DNA of 64,000 bases, from NCBI GenBank assembly GCA_963675595.2, contig CAXXLZ010000002.1, positions 64,001 through 128,000 of the forward strand, in the 5' to 3' direction. The notes beneath the pieces were generated by a model. It was not told where the DNA came from. It made no database searches and saw only the letters and a list, made by a program, of their open reading frames with translations. Both the position numbers and the translations under genes were made by a program. Shown piece by piece: positions 38,512 through 47,760 of this stretch. The DNA is from Thermodesulfobacteriota bacterium. GTDB lineage: Bacteria; Desulfobacterota; Desulfarculia; JACQYL01. The first letter of the stretch is position 1. Each line of letters opens with the position of its first letter.

Positions 38512-38756
38512 GTGACGAAAAACCGCCTTGGAAGTGTACGGTCGAATCGGGGCCGCACCGACGACCACCGGCGCGTTCGTTCGGAAAATCCCGAGCCGAA
38601 GATCATGGAATTATAGAGAACCCTGCGACCACCTTCAAGGTTTTTAACATTCGGGGAAATCGTGGTATCGTGAGCCGTATGGAACAGGTAGGCGATGGTT
38701 TGCGCGGATCCGGAAGATTTGAAGATCATTCCGAAGACCCGAAGAGTATTAAGCAA

Positions 38757-39422
38757 TCATGCCTTGGTACTGAATTTCTTATCTTCGCGTTCCTGAGAGG
38801 TTCCGCTGATGATTTTGGACTCCTCTTCGGAAGACTTCCGAGGCAGCATGGGAGCGGAAGGACCCACCAGAAAGGGAAACTGCTGGAACAAGGCGCTTAG
38901 GTTTTCTTCGTGCTCCAACAACTTAGTCCGGGTCTCCTCCAATTCCAAGCGGAGTTCCTCGTTCCCCTTTTCCAGCTCATCCGTTCGCTTCCTGGCTTCC
39001 GACAATTCGGACTGTAATTGCTTGTTTGCCCGTTGAAGCTGAATTTTCTCTCGAACATTTTTGAGCAACAGCCTAAGCTCTTCGAGCTTAAAAGGCTTGG
39101 TCAAATAATCATAGGCGCCCATCCGGATAGCCTCAACCAGCGTCTCCATGCTGCCGAAACCGGCAATAATCACCACCAGGACGTCCGGTCGTTTGATCTT
39201 TGCCGCGCGCAGAAGATCCATACCGTTTCTGTGGGGAATCAGCAGGTCCGTAACGATCACGTCATAGTCGTTTTCGAGAATCATCCGGATGGCCTCAGAG
39301 CCGTCGCCACAGACGTCCACGGACATTTCCGCACTCGTCATGAGCTCGGCAATAATTTCCTGATGAATCTCGTCCCCTTCAGACAGAAGGGCTCTGATTT
39401 TTTCTTGGTCTTCCGTATTCAA
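38757..39422 (-). CDS. Response regulator receiver plus coiled coil
   Basis: YDVIVTDLLIP, GAYDYLTKPF, then a heptad-rich tail. Confidence 0.85.
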   Translation of the reverse strand: MNTEDQEKIRALLSEGDEIHQEIIAELMTSAEMSVDVCGDGSEAIRMILENDYDVIVTDLLIPHRNGMDLLRAAKIKRPDVLVVIIAGFGSMETLVEAIRMGAYDYLTKPFKLEELRLLLKNVREKIQLQRANKQLQSELSEARKRTDELEKGNEELRLELEETRTKLLEHEENLSALFQQFPFLVGPSAPMLPRKSSEEESKIISGTSQEREDKKFSTKA

Positions 39423-39602
39423 TTGAAATCACTATGATTTTGTTCGAGAGCCAGAGTAGGGCCGGCAGGCCCGCTTTTTGCAAACCCATAAGACCGGCTT
39501 GCATACAAAACAATCGCAATGAACGAACACGAGTCGATCGGACGCAGGACAGGCCCCAGCGGAAGATGGGTGCAGCCGTCCCTTTCGTTCCTCGCATTCG
39601 TA

Positions 39603-39666
39603 TATCGGAAAAACTTGCCCTTTTCTTTACCGCAAGGAGTCAAGTTTTCCAAATCAAATCCGATAT
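39603..39666. promoter_or_regulatory. Back-to-back sigma28-like promoters (fliD on +, response regulator on -)
   Basis: Plus strand TCAA-N15-TCCGATAT (39640-39666); minus strand TAAA-N16-TCCGATAT (39629-39602). Confidence 0.5.
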
Positions 39667-39719
39667 CATAACCGACGCCCGATGAAGGGAGAGGTTTATC
39701 GGGAAGGAGGAGAGGAGCT

Positions 39720-42700
39720 ATGGCAATCCAGCTGGGTGGACTAGCGACCGGCATGGATACCCAAACCATCATCGAAACGCTGATGACTCAGGCCAAGCAG
39801 CCGCTTCTTCGCCTTGAGGACGAGAAGACGGCGATCCTCCTGAAGAAAAGCATTTTCGAGAGTGTGGAGGACGACTTGACCACCTTTCGTCGTTCCCTTC
39901 TCACGATGCGTCTGGAATCCACCTACAAGTCGAAGTTGACGTCCACTTCGGATTCGACGGCTCTTTCGGCGGATGCAACCGTTGAAGCTCAGGCCGGGAC
40001 CTACTCCCTCGAGATCGACCAGGTTGCTTCGCCCGCCATCGCCCGGAGTCTTTATACCAGGACTTCGCTGGCTACCGAGCCCGCCAACTCCATCGGAGTC
40101 GAGTCGGTTTCGGGAAGGCCCACGGACAACTTGGAAGGTACTCACGAAATCACAATTACCAACCAAGGAACCTATTACCGGGCCAGGTCGGAATTCGAAC
40201 CTTCGGGAGGAGGATCGATCCGAACCCTCAGCGGCACCACGGAAATGGAGAGTTCCCTGAACGAAGGGACCATAGGAACCACCATCGACAGCTCCAACAA
40301 CATACTCCGTGTAACCTTGGCCGGTGAAACGGTGGAAGTCACCCTCGACTCGGCCACCGCGGATGTGACCGCCACCGCCAGGGTGGCCGCGGATATAGAG
40401 GATAAGTTGAACGAAGCCCTCAACACCGCGAAAGATACCCAGGACGTCACCTACGTGGCTGTTCGGACTTCCAGAGATGCCTCTACGGATTCCGATCAAC
40501 TGATGATCTACGACCTTTCGGGCACCACCACCGCGCCCGTGATCGAAACCGTAGCCAACACCGCCGCCACGGCCTTGGGCTTCGGAGCGTCGTCGCCCTA
40601 CGGAATCTCAGGCACGGCAAGCCGCATTATCACGGACGTTACGGCCACTTCTCTGGAGAATCTGGCCATCGAAATCAACGAGGTCAACACCGGACTGATC
40701 CGTGGAGTGACCTTCTCCGTCGAAGATGACGGCCTCACCACCGGAAATGCTTACGTGCATACCAACGCCGGATTGAACGCTCTCGGAGCGGTCCCTTCCA
40801 TCGTCTACGGTGCGGAAGACGTATCTTCGGCGTCGGGAGGCTTGGACACCATGGTCGTGGGGCTGGAAAACGCAGGTTTCGACGAAACGCCTTCTTCGAG
40901 CACCAACGGAACTTTTACGATCAACGGCGCCGAGATCACCATCAACAACTACCAAAGTCTCAGCGTCGATGCGGTCCTCGGCCTCATCAACGGAAGCGCC
41001 GCCGGCGTCACGGCCACCTACGACGAAGACAACGATCGAATCCTCCTCACAAGCAATGAAGATACCGGCTCCGCCATCACCTTGGGAGACACGGCCGATA
41101 CCAGCGATTTCCTCACCATCGCCAAATTGACGTCCGTACAGGGCGCTTCTTCCAGCGTCGGCAGCTACGGGGGCGGTATCAGTACGTCCAGCGCCCTCGA
41201 CGAGGCCGGTTTGACGCTGACTCCCACCAGCGGGACCTTCACCATCAACGGGGTCACCTTGTTCGTCGAGTCCAGCAGCGACACGATCCAAGACCTGGTG
41301 GATCTCATCAACAACTCCAGTGCCGGAGTGACCGCATCCTACGATACGATAACGGACAAGTTCTCTCTGCGCTCCAAAATGGGGGGCGTAAGCACCAATG
41401 CGGACAAAATCGAGTTGGGCTCCGTCACGGACAGCAGCAACATTCTGAGAGCTCTGAACCTTGTGGACGACCTGACTCCTTCCTACACCAGCGCCTCCGT
41501 GGTCAACGGCGTACGTGCCGATCAGGACACCATATCCATCACCCGCACAGGCTATTCCACGCCCGTGGAAATTTACGTACCCGCCACACTGAGCACCGGG
41601 GCCTACCAGGAAACGGCGGGCACCATCAACTGGATCGACGGCATCGACGCCGGTTCCGTCTTCAATGTGCTGGCCGGAGACACGGGTACTTCAGGGGCCA
41701 CCTGGACAAACTCTCTAAGTTCCGCCATCACGGATATCGACACATTTGTGAGCGAGTGGAACGACAGCGGCAACTGGAGCACCGGATACGTGGAAGTGGG
41801 CGTCATCAAGGAGGGCGACGACCAACTCAGATTCTTCAACCGTTCCGACGGAGATGGGGCGAGCGGCGCGAGTTTTACCATCACGGCGCCCAACGCCTAC
41901 GACTTGTATGAGCTGGGCTTGGCCGCTCCGGGAGCCTCTTCGGCCGCCTTCACCAATACCGACTCCGGCGTGGACGCCGAGTATAACGCCTTGGTTCACG
42001 CCTTTGCCATCAATCAGGGAGGCAGCATCGCCAAGGCCCGAACGGACGATTCCGGGCACCTCATTCTTTATTCGAATACCGTCGGATATTATGGTGGTTT
42101 TACCGCTGCAGACAGTGCGTCGGGGGACTCGGTGGCGAGCTATTTTGGAACCTCCTCCGTCCAAGTGAGCGCAGACGAGGACGTGGAAAGCGGCACGAGA
42201 GGCCAAGACGCCGTGTTTACCGTCGACGGTGTCGGGTATACGAGGTCCACCAACACGGTGGACGACGTGATCGGAGGCGTGACTCTCAAGCTGCAAGCCC
42301 CCTCTTCGGGACCCGTGACGTTGACCATCGAAAACGATACGGAAAAGGCGGTTGATGCCTTGGTCGACTTCATCGTTCAATACAACGAGACTCTCCAACT
42401 GCTGAACCCGCCGATTTTGGACGACGACCAGAGGAAGTACCTCGATCCTCTGACCGACGACGAAAAACTGGACATGACGGTGAATGAGTACGAAGAGTAT
42501 ATGTACCACTATACCACTTACAACTCGTATCAATACATCCGGAAAGAGGGCTCCCTACGTTTGCTTTATTCCGACATGAGAAGCTATGTTTCAGGTGTCG
42601 TAGACGGCCTGGGAAGCTCACTCAACAGCCTGAGTCTGTTGGACATTACCGCGGGATCCATCGGAGGATTTGAGGACGCCAAAGACGGCTATCTGCTGCT

Positions 42701-43130
42701 CGCACCGACGGGTGAGGACGATTATGCGGATACGGTCCGGGATATACTGACCTCCAACTCAGCCCTGATGGAGGCTTTGGAGGAAGACGCCGACAGTGTT
42801 TACAAGCTCTTTGCACTCGAGGGCGACGACGACGAATCCACTGATGACGATGGAATCGCCCGCAGAATCGATACCCTGTTGGACAACTACGTCGGTTCGG
42901 ATGGTATTCTGACCGTACAGACCGAGAGCGGAGGAAGCTTCGAAGACCGGGTGACGGCCATTGGTGGTCTGAATGATCGGATCGACAATGTGGAACGGCG
43001 CCTGGAACTTCTGGAAGAGCGGCTTTGGACGAAATTTAATGCCATGGAAGAAACCGTGGCTAAGTTGCAGAAACAGCAGGAAAGCGCCAGCGCGGCTTTG
43101 GAGAGTGCGGGAAGCGCCAGCCTGCTTTAG
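39720..43130 (+). CDS. fliD: Flagellar cap protein FliD (very long, 1136 aa)
   Basis: IQLGGLATGMDT N-terminus, GQDAVFTVDG...NTVDDVIGGVTLKL, WTKFNAMEETVAKLQ; followed by fliS. Confidence 0.95.
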   Translation: MAIQLGGLATGMDTQTIIETLMTQAKQPLLRLEDEKTAILLKKSIFESVEDDLTTFRRSLLTMRLESTYKSKLTSTSDSTALSADATVEAQAGTYSLEIDQVASPAIARSLYTRTSLATEPANSIGVESVSGRPTDNLEGTHEITITNQGTYYRARSEFEPSGGGSIRTLSGTTEMESSLNEGTIGTTIDSSNNILRVTLAGETVEVTLDSATADVTATARVAADIEDKLNEALNTAKDTQDVTYVAVRTSRDASTDSDQLMIYDLSGTTTAPVIETVANTAATALGFGASSPYGISGTASRIITDVTATSLENLAIEINEVNTGLIRGVTFSVEDDGLTTGNAYVHTNAGLNALGAVPSIVYGAEDVSSASGGLDTMVVGLENAGFDETPSSSTNGTFTINGAEITINNYQSLSVDAVLGLINGSAAGVTATYDEDNDRILLTSNEDTGSAITLGDTADTSDFLTIAKLTSVQGASSSVGSYGGGISTSSALDEAGLTLTPTSGTFTINGVTLFVESSSDTIQDLVDLINNSSAGVTASYDTITDKFSLRSKMGGVSTNADKIELGSVTDSSNILRALNLVDDLTPSYTSASVVNGVRADQDTISITRTGYSTPVEIYVPATLSTGAYQETAGTINWIDGIDAGSVFNVLAGDTGTSGATWTNSLSSAITDIDTFVSEWNDSGNWSTGYVEVGVIKEGDDQLRFFNRSDGDGASGASFTITAPNAYDLYELGLAAPGASSAAFTNTDSGVDAEYNALVHAFAINQGGSIAKARTDDSGHLILYSNTVGYYGGFTAADSASGDSVASYFGTSSVQVSADEDVESGTRGQDAVFTVDGVGYTRSTNTVDDVIGGVTLKLQAPSSGPVTLTIENDTEKAVDALVDFIVQYNETLQLLNPPILDDDQRKYLDPLTDDEKLDMTVNEYEEYMYHYTTYNSYQYIRKEGSLRLLYSDMRSYVSGVVDGLGSSLNSLSLLDITAGSIGGFEDAKDGYLLLAPTGEDDYADTVRDILTSNSALMEALEEDADSVYKLFALEGDDDESTDDDGIARRIDTLLDNYVGSDGILTVQTESGGSFEDRVTAIGGLNDRIDNVERRLELLEERLWTKFNAMEETVAKLQKQQESASAALESAGSASLL

Positions 43131-43182
43131 ACCGCGACCAGCGGGACACCGGGAGGAGATCGGAAAGGAGCGAGGTTTTCGT

Positions 43183-43653
43183 ATGCAAGCCAAACAGCAC
43201 TTGAACCAGTACCTCAAACAGAGCGTCGAAGGCGTAGGTCAGGGTGAACTGATCCTATTGCTTTACGAAGCGGGTATTACCTTCTTAAATATGGGGAAGG
43301 TGAAGATTCAGGAGCGAGACATCGAAGGGGCTCACAACGCCCTGGTAAGAGCAATCAACGTGGTTCGCGAGCTCATGGCGAGTCTGAATACGGAACGGGG
43401 AGGAGAAATCGCCAGGAATTTGCTCAGCCTTTACGCCTTCATTAATCGACGTATTGTGGAAGCCAACTCCAAAAAGGAGTGCGCCGGAATCGAAGAGGCT
43501 CTGTTCCTGATGGAACAGCTCAAAGAGACCTGGGCAAAGGCGATAAAGATCCATCAGGAAAACTCCGCTTCCAAACCGGCCGCCACCGCCGGGCCGAAGA
43601 ACCTGAAAGGCGAAGACAAGTCCCAATTCAAGGGGATCAGCATTCGAAGTTGA
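43183..43653 (+). CDS. fliS: Flagellin chaperone FliS
   Basis: ELILLLYE, ELMASLN, GGEIARNLLSLY, LKETW; start set at ATG 43183. Confidence 0.95.
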   Translation: MQAKQHLNQYLKQSVEGVGQGELILLLYEAGITFLNMGKVKIQERDIEGAHNALVRAINVVRELMASLNTERGGEIARNLLSLYAFINRRIVEANSKKECAGIEEALFLMEQLKETWAKAIKIHQENSASKPAATAGPKNLKGEDKSQFKGISIRS

Positions 43654-43686
43654 CGCGTGCTTTGAGAGCAGCAAGGAGTTCAGGAA

Positions 43687-43992
43687 ATGGGTATCAATGA
43701 AATAGGAAATATCATCTATTTGAAGGACTTCGTACAACACGATCCCGACGGCAAGAAAGCGGTCGAAAAGAGAACGCAAGGGTCGGATCGAACGAACGCC
43801 GGCAACCGCTCCAAGGTTGAGGAGCGTGCGGCGGCGGTGGAGGAACAGAACCGGCTGGCATCATCCCCTTCCATCGGAGATTTTGAGGAAGCGGTCAAAG
43901 TGATGGGCAAGTTGGAAAAGATGATGTTGGAGGGCGGAGACTCCCTGCTGGCCGTCCATTCGGCCAAACCGGTGGATCCTTCTTCAATCTGA
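43687..43992 (+). CDS. Hypothetical protein, flagellar operon
   Basis: SD AGGAG, operon position after fliS. Confidence 0.6.
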   Translation: MGINEIGNIIYLKDFVQHDPDGKKAVEKRTQGSDRTNAGNRSKVEERAAAVEEQNRLASSPSIGDFEEAVKVMGKLEKMMLEGGDSLLAVHSAKPVDPSSI

Positions 43993-44004
43993 CGGGAGCA
44001 TTCT

Positions 44005-44217
44005 ATGGACCTCACTTCCCTGTTGACCGGCATGTCCAGCCAGATGAGCGCCGTCACGACCGCATTGCACATGAGCACCGCGGTGGCTTCGAAGGCGTTG
44101 GACTCCCAGGAAAGTACGGGGCAGGCTGTGCTCGACCTTATTGAATCGGCTACCGCCGACCCCATGTATAAGGCCAAGGCCAGTGGAAAAGGACTGCGCT
44201 TGGATGTGGTCGCTTAG
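44005..44217 (+). CDS. Small YjfB-like putative motility protein
   Basis: AVASKALDSQESTGQAVLDLI...GLRLDVVA resembles the YjfB pattern; SD GGGAG. Confidence 0.65.
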   Translation: MDLTSLLTGMSSQMSAVTTALHMSTAVASKALDSQESTGQAVLDLIESATADPMYKAKASGKGLRLDVVA

Positions 44218-44263
44218 GCGGGCGTCTCCTCACAACGGCGTTGCCCCGCCTGCGATCATGCTG

Positions 44264-44707
44264 TCAAACTTCCTTTTTGAACAATCGGTAGGAACTTGAT
44301 GGAGAGGTCCGCCCTTTCCCATAGACTTTGCTCATTCGGCGCGAAGCACGAGTTTTCCCTAATTCCTCGGCGATTTCGTCCCTCAGTTGCCTTCCGCTCT
44401 CCAGACAGTCGTCTTCCAGGCTGGAAAGCTCCTCCAGCGTTCGTTTCCTAAGCTCCAAGAGTTCGGTGAGACGCGGCGGAATCCCCGTTTCCGAGCCCAC
44501 TGCGGCGAGATTGTTCTTAATCTCTTTCTCCATGCCGATTGCTTGATTCAACAAGTCCTGGCGCATGTTCAGGGCCCGCTGAATGTCTTCGATGTCTTTG
44601 CTCGCCATTGCCTCCCGCAACCGATGCGTTTCATCAAGAAGGCGTTTGAGCAATACGTTCTGTCCGTCAAGAAGTCCGGCGGTTTCCATAGTCACATCTC
44701 GGTTCAT
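44264..44707 (-). CDS. Helical FlgN/FliT-like flagellar chaperone (tentative)
   Basis: All-helical composition with a C-terminal aromatic/basic tail, in flagellar context. Confidence 0.5.
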   Translation of the reverse strand: MNRDVTMETAGLLDGQNVLLKRLLDETHRLREAMASKDIEDIQRALNMRQDLLNQAIGMEKEIKNNLAAVGSETGIPPRLTELLELRKRTLEELSSLEDDCLESGRQLRDEIAEELGKTRASRRMSKVYGKGRTSPSSSYRLFKKEV

Positions 44708-45336
44708 GCGCCTGCTTCTCTTCTTTCACATCGTTGAATCATCCAATCCAGGATCGGCCCCCATTTCTTGAAATACGGAATGAGCTTACCTTGGATCAAG
44801 TCGCCCATGGCGGTCCAATTTTGTTCTTCCTGGTACCTGGACAGTTTCTCGATAATTGATTGGAGCGCCTGATAGCATTCGAGGACGGTGGTTCCCTCTA
44901 CTTCGTCTTTGGCGTAGTCAACCGGAATGAAAACCTCTACGTTTTCGATCAAGGAACGGAATCCCTGGATTCCCTCCGTCGCCAATGCCAAGAGTCTCGA
45001 CCCCTCGCCGGCGTCTCCGGCTCGATAGTATTCCGCGACGGAAACCAATCCGGAAGTAAGGCGGTTCAGGTAGTCGGCCCCTTCCATAAGACTTTCCAGG
45101 GCGAGCCGCCTGGGATCTCGGGATTTGATTTCGAGCCTTCCGATTCCACCTACCGGATCGGTACCCCGTTCACGCTCTTCATCGACGTTCACCGGGGTTC
45201 CGTCCACCACGATCTCGAAAATCGCCTCTCCCGGAGGCATATGGTATGAAGCCGTCAATTCCAGAAGTCTGCGAAGGTTCATGTCTGGTTGAATCCATCC
45301 GGAATCGACCTGTTTTCCGTTGATCCACAATTCCAT
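44704..45336 (-). CDS. Hypothetical protein
   Basis: SD AGGAG; overlaps the next gene by 4 nt. Confidence 0.75.
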   Translation of the reverse strand: MELWINGKQVDSGWIQPDMNLRRLLELTASYHMPPGEAIFEIVVDGTPVNVDEERERGTDPVGGIGRLEIKSRDPRRLALESLMEGADYLNRLTSGLVSVAEYYRAGDAGEGSRLLALATEGIQGFRSLIENVEVFIPVDYAKDEVEGTTVLECYQALQSIIEKLSRYQEEQNWTAMGDLIQGKLIPYFKKWGPILDWMIQRCERREAGA

Positions 45337-45935
45337 GATCGGACTCCTCTTTCCGCCCGGCGGATCGGCCTATGGTCCTCCTCGGTTTTGTTCGTGCAAA
45401 ACCGGTAGGTCGATCATTATCTAACTAATCGACAACTATATTATCTTAGAGTGTGTTGGGATAAGTTTCAAGAAAAAATATTCCGGACGACTCTCCTTAG
45501 CATAAACCATAGGCAAAATGCCCCAAAAAAAAGGATTGTGACTGCTGAATGCTTTAGCCTTCATTGGCATTGAAGCTAAAACGGAAAAGGGTTTGCGGAG
45601 ACGAGCTCACGATACCTCTATTTACAAAGCCAAGAACAAAGATTCACCATCCAACTTGATTTCAACAAAATGATATCTCCTTAACCTGAGCATCCAAATG
45701 TCCCGAAGAACTCCGAGCTTTTTGAGAAGAAGTCGGGTTCCATGGGAGGTTGTATGCTCCGGCAATTCCACGGATGAACTCGTCGAGAGCAGTTGACAAT
45801 CTGCCTACTTGCATGTACGTTAATTTCGGTGAACATTGAATATCCAAGGAAGGTCCAGGGGTAAGAAGGGCCGGATGCCAATCAACGTGAGGGGAAAGCC
45901 CCCGGCGCCAGACTTATGCGAGAAAGCGACTCAGG

Positions 45936-46874
45936 ATGAAACCTTACCTCACCACTGGAGAAGCTGCGGAGCTACTGGGGATTTCCAGGTCCACGGTTTC
46001 CAGAAAGTTCGATCAGGGGAGCCTTGAGGGTAAGAAAAATCCCCTAACCGGGGAACGCCTCATCAGCCTCAAGAGCGTCCGCGAACTCATGGAACGCTAC
46101 GATCTTCCCACTAAGACCGACGTGGCGGGGAGAAAGACCATCTTGGTGGGAACCAAGGACAAACGTTTTCTCAAGTCCGTCGAAAAAGCGCTCCAGTCCA
46201 ACGGCGCCGTAACCATCGAACACGTGCCTTACGGCACCGACGCTTTGGTTCGCTGTCTGAGAGAGCAGATCGACCTGTTGATCATCGACGGAGAGCTTCC
46301 CGATCTTCCAGGCGCCGAAGTCATCAAATCACTTCGCCGTACCCAAGACGCGCCCACTCTTAAGGTCCTCTATCGCCCATCCGACCAAGAACACGGAACG
46401 CTTCAGGACCTCGGAGCGGATGAATTGCTCGTGAAGGAGGAACGTGACGAGGAATCATTGAAAGCCAAGGTCGGTACATTGTTGAACCTCGTCGAGCACG
46501 GGGTTGCGGCCGATGCCTTTACAGGGGCGGACAGACGATCCTCGCCCCGCCTAAGGGTCAATCTCCCCGCGATCATAGAGGTGTTCTGCAGAGAAGACGC
46601 GGCAGCCCGCGACTTGGGACGGGCCGTTGTCAAAGACATCAGTGCGGGCGGGGCGTGCCTCGAGCAGATGCAGGTAGACGGGGGTCGGATTCCCGCCGGG
46701 CCCTTTTTCATGAAACTTACGGTGGATGACAGGCAACTGAAAGATTGGTCCGCCGAAGCCAAGGTGGTTCGTCTCCAACCCGACGGTTCCCTGGTTGCGG
46801 GAGTCCGTTTTACGCACCTGTCCGATCCCAACCGAGAGAAGATTGAATCGCTGTTGAGCGACTTCCAAGCATAA
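45936..46874 (+). CDS. Excisionase-type HTH-receiver-PilZ protein
   Basis: YLTTGEAAELLGISRSTV; DLLIIDGELPDLPG; DRRSSPR (RxxxR) and DISAGG (DxSxxG). Confidence 0.85.
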   Translation: MKPYLTTGEAAELLGISRSTVSRKFDQGSLEGKKNPLTGERLISLKSVRELMERYDLPTKTDVAGRKTILVGTKDKRFLKSVEKALQSNGAVTIEHVPYGTDALVRCLREQIDLLIIDGELPDLPGAEVIKSLRRTQDAPTLKVLYRPSDQEHGTLQDLGADELLVKEERDEESLKAKVGTLLNLVEHGVAADAFTGADRRSSPRLRVNLPAIIEVFCREDAAARDLGRAVVKDISAGGACLEQMQVDGGRIPAGPFFMKLTVDDRQLKDWSAEAKVVRLQPDGSLVAGVRFTHLSDPNREKIESLLSDFQA

Positions 46875-46960
46875 GCCGCCGGCGAAGGTCCGTTCACGCC
46901 CTCCGCCCGGACCTCACTCCCCTATTCGGCAATTGCGGCTTGATCGTGTTTACTTCCGCC

Positions 46961-47548
46961 TCAACTCATCACGGCCGCATAGAACTCCCGGCCCGCCTGA
47001 TAGGATTCTTCCAGGTAACGAGGATGCTTATCCACGTCACCCTCCAAATCCAGGCCCCGATACAGAAGACTGCGCCATAGTTCCGCATCCAAAGCATCAA
47101 GAAAATAGCGCACCGTCAGGAGGATTCCGTTGAACAACTGATTCCCATGGGTGGCTCCGGCCGAAATGAACAAGCCTTTCTTGGTGGGAATCCCTTCTCC
47201 AAATTTCACGCCGTCAATCCAATACTTCCGCACCCAAAGCGACTGGCAGCGATCCATCATCACCTTGGTAATCGCAGAAACCGAATAGAAGAAAACGGGG
47301 GATGCCAACATAACGCCCCGGCAACGATCAAAGGAATCGTGGAGTCTCTGAAAATCATCCCGGATTGCGCAGCGCCCGGACTCCCTACACGCATAGATCT
47401 CAAGGCACGGGGAAATTTTCAGGTCTCGTAATACGAATTCCTCCACTTCTCCTCCGGCGTCACGGACACCCCGGACCGCCTCTTTCAGCAAGGTCGAGGT
47501 GTTTCCCTTCCTGCGGGGACTCCCATACAACGCAACGATATTCGACAT
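46961..47548 (-). CDS. Iron-sulfur flavoprotein / NADPH-dependent FMN reductase family
   Basis: GSPRRKGNT, SPCLEIYACRESGRCAIRDD, ASPVFF, MDRCQ. Confidence 0.88.
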   Translation of the reverse strand: MSNIVALYGSPRRKGNTSTLLKEAVRGVRDAGGEVEEFVLRDLKISPCLEIYACRESGRCAIRDDFQRLHDSFDRCRGVMLASPVFFYSVSAITKVMMDRCQSLWVRKYWIDGVKFGEGIPTKKGLFISAGATHGNQLFNGILLTVRYFLDALDAELWRSLLYRGLDLEGDVDKHPRYLEESYQAGREFYAAVMS

Positions 47549-47760
47549 GTGCGGTTATTCTCCCTTCGGCGAGCCGAACCGGCACGCCGGACGTTAGACG
47601 ATGAAAGCCGGAAACGTGTCCCGACGGGGTCTCGGTTGCATTCCCATGTTCGAACGAGTATTTTCAAGTATTATGTGAAAGAAAACGACGTTGCGAACGG
47701 CGTGAAGTCCGTCGCATTCCACCCGGTCGTGAAAGCCCCGGCGCATCCGGCGTCGCTGCT

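Noticed and set aside
43128-43250. FliD-FliS read-through fusion
   Set aside because: fliS is in a different frame.
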